Shown: positions 30,950 to 39,430 of the stretch, one piece after another
Position numbering within the stretch: the stretch's first letter is position 1
Layout: each line of letters opens with the position of its first letter
From: Bacillota bacterium
Lineage (GTDB): Bacteria; Bacillota; Sulfobacillia; DUMF01
Direction: 5' to 3'
DNA length: 64,000 nt
Assembly (NCBI GenBank): GCA_012840015.1
Contig: DUMF01000017.1
Span: 16,376-80,375 of the forward strand
Notes under the pieces: model-generated
What the model saw: only the letters and a program-made list of their open reading frames with translations
Databases searched by the model: none
What the model was told of the DNA's origin: nothing
Position numbers and translations under genes: made by a program

Positions 30950-31730
30950 CTTTCAGCCTCCTAAGGTAATCCTCAAGTGGCAAACCATTTGTGATGTTTG
31001 GGGCGACTCCAATCATTTCTTCGATGGAAGGCAATTTCGAGTCATCAGAAAGCACGTCGATGCTTTCTGCAACTACCTGAGCAAGTCGGCCAGTTGCAGC
31101 GTACCTGATCAGGCCGCTCACGCTGACCCTTTTCTTCAGACCGGCCTTTACCTTTTCAAGTAATTCAGGTTTGAAATAGCAGCAAATACAATGGCCTGTC
31201 AACTCATCATAAACGTTGAATTGGTTCTTTTCATGGACGGTAACCATCTCAAGCCTACCTTCTACCGAACCAAGATCTTCCCAGAAAGCGTGAAGGATCT
31301 GGTCTGCTGTCTTTGCAGTTTGCAGTGTTAGTTGTACGCGTCGACGAGGGCCGCTGACTACCATACGTGTTTTAGTTTTGTAAGCTAATTCTGCCAATGC
31401 CTTGGCGGCCCTGATGGTATCCTCAGGGAGACAAGCATTCAAATTACCATTTTCGAGCGCCGCTAGTCCGTCCTCTGCGATGTAGCAAATACGTTCTCCT
31501 ACGACTGTTTCTGCAATTGGACTGACTGCCAGGTGGACACTACCCTTCCCCAAGTCCTTTACTAGCCAGTCTAGCTTTTGTTGCGGTACCAGATCGCGGA
31601 GTGTATTTAGTAGATGCACAAATCGCCTGAAGGCGTGCGCCAATGTGGTCACCCGAACAGCTTGCTCTTCAGAATCGAGGTGTAAGACAAGACATGCCTC
31701 GGGCACCAGCATCTCCCTCCCTTGCGCCAC
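30939..31730 (-). CDS. Hypothetical 263-aa protein translationally coupled to the downstream PIN gene
   Basis: Its 3' end overlaps the PIN start by 11 nt. I recognise no known antitoxin fold. The C-terminus is …SIEEMIGVAPNITNGLPLEDYLRRLKDEW. Confidence 0.4.
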   Translation of the reverse strand: MAQGREMLVPEACLVLHLDSEEQAVRVTTLAHAFRRFVHLLNTLRDLVPQQKLDWLVKDLGKGSVHLAVSPIAETVVGERICYIAEDGLAALENGNLNACLPEDTIRAAKALAELAYKTKTRMVVSGPRRRVQLTLQTAKTADQILHAFWEDLGSVEGRLEMVTVHEKNQFNVYDELTGHCICCYFKPELLEKVKAGLKKRVSVSGLIRYAATGRLAQVVAESIDVLSDDSKLPSIEEMIGVAPNITNGLPLEDYLRRLKDEW

Positions 31731-31857
31731 TTGTCATTCCTATTATCGTTTCACCGTGCTAGTGCTGCAAGCGAGCAATACCTGAGATATGCCGACTTCC
31801 CGCTACTTGGCTCTCTTGGACAGCTCATAATTCGGTTTATTCTGACAAGGCGCTCCT

Positions 31858-32166
31858 TTATTCCCTTCGCCTGCACATAAGTTGTCGTATGGTCCAAGCG
31901 TGATCCTCCGCTGCCCATTCTACTGCAGAACTTGGATAATCACCCAGGCAGTGATACGCTTCATGAAAGTAGCTGATTTCCTGCTGCTCCTCGGACCGGC
32001 CGGGATTCACGACTACATGGCAGTGCCCTTTGCTGCAGATGTAGGTAATGCCGTAGACCGTACCCAGATCTGCAGCACGGACATACATGTTGTAAGCGGT
32101 TTCGATCTCTTCTGGACATTCGGGCTTGTCCAGCATCATAAACGCAAATGCTTCTGAAGTATCCAT
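31858..32166 (-). CDS. ImmA/IrrE-like zinc metallopeptidase (HExxH; short form)
   Basis: HEAYH zinc-binding motif. Located immediately downstream of the XRE repressor, the same arrangement as ImmR/ImmA. Confidence 0.45.
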   Translation of the reverse strand: MDTSEAFAFMMLDKPECPEEIETAYNMYVRAADLGTVYGITYICSKGHCHVVVNPGRSEEQQEISYFHEAYHCLGDYPSSAVEWAAEDHAWTIRQLMCRRRE

Positions 32167-32197
32167 TGGGGCATTTCCTCTACTGATACTGAGTGCG

Positions 32198-32636
32198 TCA
32201 TTTCTCGTCGGGCTGGTATGAGCCTTCTTCTTCCTCGATTGCCTTGATAACGCGGATGACTTTCCTGAGAGAAACAGGGTCCAGGTCCTTGATCGTGCGG
32301 AAAGCTAACCTCAACTCACGCTTTGATAAGAAAGCCTCCCAGAACTCCTTGAGCTCGGGATCGCCTTCGACGGCATCTTCGATTTGCTTGCGCAATGGCC
32401 GCGGGTCATCGGTGCGGCCGAGGAGGTAATCCACCGAGACGTCGAAGAAATCAGCAATTTTGGTTGCAATCTCGAAATCCGGCTCGCGCTGCCCCAGCTC
32501 GTACATAGCTAGAGTGCTGGGGGCTATTACAAGTAGTTTCGCGAGTTCCCTTTGGCTGAATCCCTTTGCTTCACGTAATTCTTTTAACCGGCTCGCAAAT
32601 TTCACGAAGCTCACCCGCTCCGATCGCTCTTTCATA
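32198..32636 (-). CDS. XRE-family HTH repressor (cI-like)
   Basis: HTH_XRE motif SQRELAKLLVIAPSTLAMYELGQREPD. The likely start is the internal ATG (MKERSERV…) near 32636. It is divergent from the cro-like gene. Confidence 0.7.
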
Positions 32637-32770
32637 GTATCACCAATTGTGAGCACAGCGACCCATGCACACAAAAAGTGAAAATATCTCGTTTCGTATG
32701 TTGACATTGCTCGCACATCGTGAGTATAATCTGAAGCGAAAGGATGCTCACAGATTGCGAGTGACCACAG
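32637..32770. promoter_or_regulatory. Divergent promoter/operator region of the lysogeny switch
   Basis: TTGACA-18 nt-TATAAT oriented toward cro. Inverted half-sites TGTGAGCA (about 32647) and TGCTCACA (about 32744) lie on either side of the promoter. Confidence 0.4.
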
Positions 32771-33010
32771 ATGCTTGAACGCAAGACACTAAGTGATCTT
32801 CGAAACCAACTAGGCTTATCACAGCGCAAACTAGCCAAGCTGCTTAACCTGAAGCCGAGTACCATAGCAATGTACGAGCTGGGCTTGAGGACACCCCCAC
32901 TTAATACCGCGAAGCGCATTGCGGCCTTCTTTGGTGTAAATGTGGAGGCTATTTATTTTGGCTACGAAGCTCGCATTCTGCGAGCAAAAGCTACTGGCAC
33001 AGACGGCTGA
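32771..33010 (+). CDS. Cro-like XRE-family HTH regulator
   Basis: 79 aa with HTH SQRKLAKLLNLKPSTIAMYELGLRTP. Confidence 0.7.
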   Translation: MLERKTLSDLRNQLGLSQRKLAKLLNLKPSTIAMYELGLRTPPLNTAKRIAAFFGVNVEAIYFGYEARILRAKATGTDG

Positions 33011-33049
33011 TCTTCTCGACCAAGCAACCTCGTGAAAGGAGGTGGAGGC

Positions 33050-33214
33050 GGTGAACCGTGAACTTCGAGCAGAACTACTTACAGGCGATGTGGTTAGCCA
33101 CCTAGCTGACGTGGTTGCGCGCCTGCTTGATGCGCTCAAGCAGGACTGCCCGCAACTCCGTAAAAGGCTCGAAGAGCTTCAGATTCCCGAGAATTGGTTC
33201 GTTCAGGATTCCTG
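33050..33214 (+). CDS. Small hypothetical protein (~54 aa) immediately after cro (cII-like position)
   Basis: A strong RBS AAAGGAGGTGGAGG precedes GTG. Below the 60-aa ORF-track threshold; I translated it by hand. Confidence 0.3.
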
Positions 33215-33415
33215 ATAGCGCTTAAGCTGGACCAGATGACACGACGGACATTCGTAGGCATCAACGAGCAAATTAGGAGTTCCCAGCGGCACGCCACACT
33301 TGTGAGGCTTACCAGTAGCGGCGTCCTTGCCGGAAGAGGGCAATAGATATGGCCAGTTCGGGAGATCACTCAGATTCACACGGACCATCTCAAGGTTGCA
33401 ATATGGACACTTCAT
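33203..33415 (-). CDS. Small zinc-ribbon protein (~70 aa)
   Basis: The internal ATG (MKCPYCNLEMV…) has a GGAGGTG RBS. Two CxxC pairs are present. Confidence 0.4.
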   Translation of the reverse strand: MKCPYCNLEMVRVNLSDLPNWPYLLPSSGKDAATGKPHKCGVPLGTPNLLVDAYECPSCHLVQLKRYQES

Positions 33416-33531
33416 AGGAACACCTCCCTGCTGAATCGCCTCCACCCCAACGGAGGATTCGACAAGGAGGAGGAAAATCCTGGCCCCGCCACGGCGGGGT
33501 GGTGTGGGCGGGGCTGGAAGGAGGCTTAAGC

Positions 33532-33777
33532 ATGGACGATCATCCCCTTCAAGTTCAAGCGCTTCCGGCGGTCCTGCGGGCCCCGGACGTTGCTAAGATC
33601 CTTGGATGTTCCAGGTCAACCGTGTACGAGTTATGCCACCAGCAGAAGATACCGCACATACGGCTTACGGCTCATCGGTTGATTATTCCCCGGGACGCCT
33701 TGATTCTCTGGCTTCAAACCTGCGGCGAGTTCAGGATAACAGAAAAACCCGAGACCTCAAATGAGAAAGTGGGGTGA
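33532..33777 (+). CDS. Excisionase/AlpA-like HTH DNA-binding protein
   Basis: …PDVAKILGCSRSTVYELCHQQKIPHIRL…RLIIPRDAL resembles HTH_17/excisionase-family proteins. Confidence 0.45.
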   Translation: MDDHPLQVQALPAVLRAPDVAKILGCSRSTVYELCHQQKIPHIRLTAHRLIIPRDALILWLQTCGEFRITEKPETSNEKVG

Positions 33778-34294
33778 AAACATGCAAGTCGGTGCGGTAA
33801 TCAGGCAAAAGCGCGAGGAAGCAAACCTGACGCAGGCGACGCTGGCTAGGCGAATTGGGGTCAGCGAAAGCACGCTGAGGATGTACGAGTTGGGGCTCAA
33901 GCAGGTTCCGCACGATGTGGCGAACATGGCAGCGGTAGCGCTCAGGGCCCCGGAGGTATGCTTTGCGAAGTGTTCTGAATGCCCCACAAATTGGCTTTCG
34001 GTGTGTCTCCTCGATACGGATCAGCACCCTGCTGAAGAAGTTCTCCAAGTTCTTCAGGAGGCTCAAGAAGCGATCGAGGCAGTGCGTGCCATGGCAGTTA
34101 AGCCGCACGGCAAAGTTCAGCGCGAACTCGTCGAGCGCGCCTGCGACCAGGTGCTGGACCTAGTGCCTTTGGCGGCAGCCGCGGTGGCTAGTTGGTGCAG
34201 AGCCTACGGGATCTCTATGAGAGAAGTCCACGATCGGCACATGAAGAAGCTTGTTAGTCGCGGATATGTAAAGAACGAGGCTGAAGTGGCGTGA
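33761..34294 (+). CDS. XRE-family HTH protein with C-terminal extension
   Basis: HTH NLTQATLARRIGVSESTLRMYELG. Length 177 aa. Confidence 0.55.
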   Translation: MRKWGENMQVGAVIRQKREEANLTQATLARRIGVSESTLRMYELGLKQVPHDVANMAAVALRAPEVCFAKCSECPTNWLSVCLLDTDQHPAEEVLQVLQEAQEAIEAVRAMAVKPHGKVQRELVERACDQVLDLVPLAAAAVASWCRAYGISMREVHDRHMKKLVSRGYVKNEAEVA

Positions 34295-34463
34295 AAGGAT
34301 GTCGTACTTGTTTCAGTAGCAAATGTCCTTACCCTTCTGACAGGGACTTGCGTGAAGCATTCGCTCGGCGCGGATGGAAAGCAACACCGGAAAGTTTAAG
34401 ACGGCTGATTGTCGAGGAGAGCTGCTACCGGCCGCAACCGCTTCGGAAGGAGGCTAAAGCAAC

Positions 34464-34652
34464 ATGATGTGCATCAAATCAGGATGGTTCAAGGCGCGGG
34501 ATTACAAAGCAAGCTACGGGCGTGTGCTCAGGAAGTGCGCAATGCGCGGGTGGACGATCGTCAGGGACACGGACAGGATACAGCGGGAGCTGAATAGAGT
34601 GGCACTTAAGCTGGCAGTGCAGGCAAAAGCAGAAGGAGGCGATGCCGCATGA
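34464..34652 (+). CDS. Hypothetical phage early protein
   Basis: ORF-track entry only. No recognised motif. Confidence 0.2.
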   Translation: MMCIKSGWFKARDYKASYGRVLRKCAMRGWTIVRDTDRIQRELNRVALKLAVQAKAEGGDAA

Positions 34653-34827
34653 GCTGGCGGGAACTACTCGAAGAACTGCTGGATGCCATCCAGCGCGGAG
34701 TGGAGCGGGGTCTGGTGCGCTGTAATGTTCACTAGGACGACCTTGGCTGGATGGGCGCAGCGATAGAAGCATGCGTTCGCGAGGAGATCGAAAGATGCTT
34801 GGAAAGCTTAGCGGGAGGTACTGAGAA

Positions 34828-35034
34828 ATGACGGAAAAAGAAAAACTGCTCGGGGCAGAGCAGTCAAGCGAGTCAACCACTGGTAATAGTCTAGCAGATC
34901 GGCGGCCGACTGGCAAGTGCATCAGGTGCGGGCGAAGGCTGACAAGGCCTTCATCAGTGGACAGGCGCATGGGGCCTGTATGTGCCGCTAAGGCGATGGC
35001 CGAACTGGCGGAGTGCGGAGCCAATGCAAGTTGA
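34828..35034 (+). CDS. Hypothetical small protein with Cys4 motif
   Basis: CIRCG…GPVC motif. Length 68 aa. Confidence 0.25.
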   Translation: MTEKEKLLGAEQSSESTTGNSLADRRPTGKCIRCGRRLTRPSSVDRRMGPVCAAKAMAELAECGANAS

Positions 35035-35050
35035 AGGAGAGTGAAACGAT

Positions 35051-35401
35051 ATGACAAGCACGATCTATCTATCAGACACAGAGGTAGACAAGATCATCGC
35101 CGATCTGGACCATTTCAACAGGCTATGTGCCAATGGTAGCAACAGCAACGCTGCCGACATTGCAAAGACTCAGGCAATCGCGGACAACTTGGCAATTTCG
35201 GGAGAACTTACAGGGTTCGAGCTTAAGGTTTACAGGGCTGCCGAGGAAATGAAAGCCCATACTGGCTACGCCTCACCCGGCGCAGTCGCCGAGATGATCG
35301 GTGCTACGTTTGAAGCCTGTCGAGACGCCATGATCAGCATAGCGACCAAGGTCACGGAGGTACAGCGTTTGCTGGAGAGGAGGGCTGCACATGCCAATTA
35401 A
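35051..35401 (+). CDS. Hypothetical phage protein
   Basis: ORF with an RBS-like GAAGGAGAGTG upstream. No family recognised. Confidence 0.3.
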   Translation: MTSTIYLSDTEVDKIIADLDHFNRLCANGSNSNAADIAKTQAIADNLAISGELTGFELKVYRAAEEMKAHTGYASPGAVAEMIGATFEACRDAMISIATKVTEVQRLLERRAAHAN

Positions 35402-36431
35402 GGGACTCTCCGAAATCCGCCGGTTGCCCCGGCTGGGCAAGATTCACTTGGGCGTGAAGGTGAGCACCTCGAAAGGGACCACATATCCCAAAGCAGTTGA
35501 TTACTTCGTGATACCCGACGAGCTTAAGCCGATTTACGGGGAACAACCGCGGGATCTGGAAATTGTCTTTCCTGTTCCGGACCGAGAGCTCATATTCCCA
35601 CAATATCTCAAAGCCTACGGTGTCAGCGGGCTACTTTGCAAAGGTGATGGCGAGGTGGCATACCGGGTGAATCGCGACACCGGGGAAATAGACGAGATTG
35701 CATGTTGCCCCGATGAGTGCGAGTTATATAACGCCAAGAAGTGCCGGAAGGTTGCCCATCTGCAGTTCATGCTCCCGGACGCGCCTGGGCTTGGGGTATA
35801 TCAGATAGACACGAGCAGTTATCACAGCATTGTGAACCTCAACTCGTGCCTCGACATGATCGAGTCAGCCGTCGGGCGTGTTCACATGATCCCACTGCAA
35901 CTAAGCCTGAGGGAAAAGCAAGTCCAACCTGACGGGATCAAAAAGACAGTCTGGGTTATGCACCTGACTGCTAAGGTGAGTCTGAGACAGTTGCTAAAGG
36001 CTGTTATGCCCAAGCCTACTCCTTTCGCACTAGATAAGCCTGACGACAGCGAAGCACCGTGGGATTTGTTCGCCATCGAAGAATCACACGATAATCCAGA
36101 GCTAGCCGATGCCAACGGGGCTGCGCAGACAAATCAAACAGAGAGAGAGCCTGCTGAAGTTCTGCCCGAAGTAGACACCCCACAGAACCAGCCAGAGCCC
36201 GTCCCGGAAGAACCAGCCACGAAGCCATCAGCCCGCGAGATGGGTAATCTCAAGAGCTTTTGGCAAAGCGCAGTCAATCTTGGCTTCACCCAAGAGCAAG
36301 TCTACAGCGTGGCCGGCACCGATAATCTGGCCGGCTGGACAAAACAGCAGCTAAATGCGCTGCTGACGCGCTTAGCTGAAATAAAGAGGACCAACTCCAA
36401 CCAGAGTAGCCAAGGCAACCTTTTATCTTGA
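35391..36431 (+). CDS. Phage protein with Cys cluster and disordered acidic C-terminus (candidate recombination/ssDNA-annealing protein by position)
   Basis: 346 aa with a CKGDG…ACCPDECELYNAKKC cluster. It sits in the early-operon position usually taken by Erf/RecT/Sak-type proteins. No confident assignment. Confidence 0.35.
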   Translation: MPIKGLSEIRRLPRLGKIHLGVKVSTSKGTTYPKAVDYFVIPDELKPIYGEQPRDLEIVFPVPDRELIFPQYLKAYGVSGLLCKGDGEVAYRVNRDTGEIDEIACCPDECELYNAKKCRKVAHLQFMLPDAPGLGVYQIDTSSYHSIVNLNSCLDMIESAVGRVHMIPLQLSLREKQVQPDGIKKTVWVMHLTAKVSLRQLLKAVMPKPTPFALDKPDDSEAPWDLFAIEESHDNPELADANGAAQTNQTEREPAEVLPEVDTPQNQPEPVPEEPATKPSAREMGNLKSFWQSAVNLGFTQEQVYSVAGTDNLAGWTKQQLNALLTRLAEIKRTNSNQSSQGNLLS

Positions 36432-36439
36432 AACAACTG

Positions 36440-36590
36440 AATATCCCGCCGCCGGTTCCCGGCGGGCCGGCGGCGGGAAACTGAAGGGAGGAACTATTTC
36501 TTGGGCCCCCAAACCTAAAACCTACCAAAAAATTCAGGAGGTGAATATCCCCTCTCCCGCCGTTGAAGTGTCCTTGGGGGCCCTCTTTTA
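36440..36590. promoter_or_regulatory. GC-rich palindromic structured intergenic element
   Basis: CCCGCCGCCGG…CCGGCGGCGGG, an 11-bp inverted repeat. A second pair GGGCCCCC…GGGGGCCC is followed by TCTTTT. A TGAATATCCC direct repeat is also present. Confidence 0.35.
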
Positions 36591-36635
36591 CAACATGGAC
36601 TGTGCGCATGGTCCGGGCGGCGGAGGTGAAGAGAG

Positions 36636-36839
36636 ATGAGGACGATCTACCTCATCGACGACGGAGGAGCGGTAAAGACGAATAATCTGAGGGCTGTGGA
36701 GTTGCTCAAGAAGCACGGGTACAGGGAATGCAGTCACGAGGAGTATGCGCGGCAGATCAGGTGGCTGCAACTCGAAGAAGAAATTCAGTTATGCCGCGAC
36801 CGGCGGGAAACACAGAGGTGCAAGTGGGATGGACCGTGA
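36636..36839 (+). CDS. Hypothetical phage protein
   Basis: ATG with a GGAGGTGAAGAGAG RBS. Length 67 aa. Confidence 0.3.
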   Translation: MRTIYLIDDGGAVKTNNLRAVELLKKHGYRECSHEEYARQIRWLQLEEEIQLCRDRRETQRCKWDGP

Positions 36840-36993
36840 GCAGGCAATTTCGAAACTGAAAGAAGCTGCCGCGGACGCAGCGGCGGTGCTCGAGAGGATA
36901 GCACGGGCTGTAGAGGCCGAAGAGCCCTGGAAGATCTCGGCCAGCCAGGTCAGGGAGCTATGGTCGAGCTTAACAGAGCACGCTGGATTCTGA
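36829..36993 (+). CDS. Hypothetical small phage protein
   Basis: Internal ATG (MDREQAISKLKEAAADAAAV…) overlapping the previous ORF. Confidence 0.2.
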   Translation: MDREQAISKLKEAAADAAAVLERIARAVEAEEPWKISASQVRELWSSLTEHAGF

Positions 36994-37043
36994 TTGCGGT
37001 TGAAAGGCAAGAAAGGCTACTTGGCCAATAGGAGGAACGCGGT

Positions 37044-38090
37044 GTGAGACTACACAACCGCCAGATAAAAGCTGCGTTCTGGACAGATCCAGATCTCTTG
37101 CAGTGGCCTAGGGAAAAAAGATGGTTCTACATTGGCTTAGTACAATTGGCCGATGATTCGGGCTGTCTAGAGGATTCCCCATTCGCGTTTAAGATTCATT
37201 TGTTTCCTTCACCTTTAGATGCGGACATTACTATAGAAACCATTACCGCTTGGCGGGATGAACTTATTGCGGAAGGGAAGCTTATCCCTTACGAGGTCGA
37301 AGGCAAGAGGTATCTTTTCATAGCTAATTTCCACAAGCACCAAACGCCCGATTATCCTACGCCACCCTCCAGGGCCAGTATACCTTTGCCGCCCTGGGTG
37401 CAGTGGGTGGAAGAAGGAGAAAAGAAGAGGAAAGGACGCTATGTAGTCAGTGACATTCCCCGGGGTTTCCCGGGGAATTCCCAGGGGAACCCCGGGGAAA
37501 CCCCGCCTATAAATATAACCGGAACCGTAACCGGAACCGGAAATATAACCGGAACCGTAACCGGAACCGAAACTATAACTAAAACCGGAAAGGGGTCTGG
37601 GGAAGACCCGCGCGATCCAGTGGATCGCGCTACAGAAGCAGATCCCCCACCAGCGGTTGATACACCCAACTCACAGCAAGAGGGCCAGAACCAACCAGAG
37701 CACGCTGCGCAGGCATCAAATGAAGCACAGGGGACACCAGAGAGGCGAAAGCGCGCATCTGTGGAGTACCCACCCGACTTTGAGGAGTTCTGGAGGGTAT
37801 ACCCGCGTCATGTGGCCAAACTGGCCGCTCTGGAGAAGTGGCGGGCGCGTGTGAGGGAAGGGGTACCTCCTGACAAGCTAATCCAGGCGGCAAAGAACTA
37901 CGCGCTCTATTGCCAGCAGATGGACAAAGACGATGAGTTCATCATGCACGCGGCGACGTTCCTCGGACCCAAGCGCAGGTATGAAGATTTCCTGAACGGC
38001 GTGCCAGGCAAGGCAAAACTGCTGCACATCAGCGCCAACACTCGGCGGGCTCTGAACCTTGTGGCTAAGTACGAGCAGGGAGGTGGCTAG
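37044..38090 (+). CDS. Phage replisome organizer / replication initiator-like protein
   Basis: The N-terminal region resembles phage replisome-organizer N-domains. A Gly/Thr-rich repeat linker is encoded by DNA direct repeats. The C-terminus is a helical domain. Confidence 0.5.
   Translation: MRLHNRQIKAAFWTDPDLLQWPREKRWFYIGLVQLADDSGCLEDSPFAFKIHLFPSPLDADITIETITAWRDELIAEGKLIPYEVEGKRYLFIANFHKHQTPDYPTPPSRASIPLPPWVQWVEEGEKKRKGRYVVSDIPRGFPGNSQGNPGETPPINITGTVTGTGNITGTVTGTETITKTGKGSGEDPRDPVDRATEADPPPAVDTPNSQQEGQNQPEHAAQASNEAQGTPERRKRASVEYPPDFEEFWRVYPRHVAKLAALEKWRARVREGVPPDKLIQAAKNYALYCQQMDKDDEFIMHAATFLGPKRRYEDFLNGVPGKAKLLHISANTRRALNLVAKYEQGGG
37460..37590 (+). repeat. Phased GGGGWWWCCC repeats (x4, ~10-11-bp period) followed by two ~30-bp direct repeats inside the replication gene (candidate iterons/ori)
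   Basis: Read directly: ccccggggtttcccggggaattcccaggggaaccccggggaaacccc, then (aatataaccggaaccgtaaccggaaccg) x2. Confidence 0.6.
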
Positions 38091-38092
38091 CG

Positions 38093-38638
38093 TTGACCAA
38101 AGCTGAGACTGCGCGCTTGCTGGCAATTATGACCGCCGCATGGCCGAGGTTCGAGGTGGACGATGTGAAAGTGCAGATCTGGCACGACATGTTGACGGAC
38201 GTGCCATACGAGATTGCGGTTATGGCGTTAAAGAAGCTGATCGCGGAGAATATACACCCGCCGTCGATCGCTGAGATGCGCAGGGCTGTGTTCGAGGTGA
38301 CCACTCCGCCGCAGGAACGGCTGGATGCAGCGAGCGCGTGGGGAGAGGTGGTGCGAGCTGTGGAGTTGTATGGGTGGCCTCAGCCACAGGCAGCGCTGGC
38401 GAGCCTCTCGCCTCGCACACGACGAGTTGCAGAAATGATCGGCTGGCAGGAGATCTGCTCCGGAAACCCGGACGTGGTTCGAGCGCAGTTCATGCGTATG
38501 TATGAGACTGTGCAGCAGAGGGAAATGCATGACTTGCTACTGCCACAGCCGTTGAGACAGCAGCTTGATGCCGTCTGGCGGAAGGCATTGCGTGCGAAGG
38601 ATGGAGGGGACGAGCTGTGCCAGGCGCAAGCCCAGTGA
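38093..38638 (+). CDS. Hypothetical phage replication-module protein
   Basis: 181 aa, directly downstream of the replisome organizer. No ATPase motifs seen. Confidence 0.35.
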   Translation: MTKAETARLLAIMTAAWPRFEVDDVKVQIWHDMLTDVPYEIAVMALKKLIAENIHPPSIAEMRRAVFEVTTPPQERLDAASAWGEVVRAVELYGWPQPQAALASLSPRTRRVAEMIGWQEICSGNPDVVRAQFMRMYETVQQREMHDLLLPQPLRQQLDAVWRKALRAKDGGDELCQAQAQ

Positions 38639-39123
38639 GTCTCAGGGACGGTAAGCCGACAAGCGATGTGAACACGTACTTCGTAGGCGAGTTTGTCTAC
38701 TACGGAAGCACCAGCACTTATCTGAAGCTCGACCCCAAGGGGGGTGTGCGTTTAAGTACTGCGCTTTCGCGGGAGGTAGAGGCAGCGAATGTGCTCGACA
38801 AACGCTGGAGAGTCGGTGTTGATCGTCAGCGGGGTCTGATTGAGCTCAGGCCCGTACCCGACTCAGGCAGGCGGACGCAGGGGCTATTTGCTGGCTACGT
38901 GTGTAGGCGCAAAGCTGGTGATTACATGCGTATAGGCAGCCCGGCGCTTGTGGCTTGGCTCATCGAGCAGGGCGTGCCGACAGGCAAACGCATTCCCGCA
39001 CGCTGGCAGCCGCAGACAGGCAGCATAGTTGGGCGTTACGTGGACCCGGTGGCGGAGCCGTCTACCAACCCGGCTCTGGCGCTGCACAGGCGGAAGGTGA
39101 TGTCCAGTGCAGCGATGCAGTGA
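38617..39123 (+). CDS. Hypothetical phage protein
   Basis: ORF-track entry only. Confidence 0.3.
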   Translation: MPGASPVSLRDGKPTSDVNTYFVGEFVYYGSTSTYLKLDPKGGVRLSTALSREVEAANVLDKRWRVGVDRQRGLIELRPVPDSGRRTQGLFAGYVCRRKAGDYMRIGSPALVAWLIEQGVPTGKRIPARWQPQTGSIVGRYVDPVAEPSTNPALALHRRKVMSSAAMQ

Positions 39124-39430
39124 GAATGTAAAGGAGCTGCTGTACTTGCTGGAAGCCGCAGCTGCACACGAGGTGCGTGCAAGCGCAGCGGAGGTCGTGA
39201 ACACGTGCATCGACTATGTGCGTGGGAGGTAAGAGGAGCGGCCGCCGCAGGACTGGCGCGTTCGGTTGCGGCACATGCAGAGCGAGCGGCGACGCAGACG
39301 GCAGCGAGCAGCAGATGGTGTATGCATCTACTGTGGGAGTAGGCCAGCTTTGCCGGGGCGGATGCAGTGCCAGTGGTGCATCGACTACCACAGCAAATAC
39401 AGGCAGCGGTGGCTGGAGGGGGGCGAGGAG

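Noticed and set aside
34479-35057. 192-aa minus-strand ORF spanning several small + strand early genes
   Set aside because: The translation is low-complexity and Ser/Pro/Leu-rich. It runs antisense to the co-directional early operon, which has RBS-supported starts.
37500-37590. Tandem short repeats that could be mistaken for a CRISPR-like array
   Set aside because: There are only two full ~30-bp copies with no unique spacers. They lie in-frame inside a CDS and encode a Gly/Thr linker. I interpret them as iterons/ori, not CRISPR.
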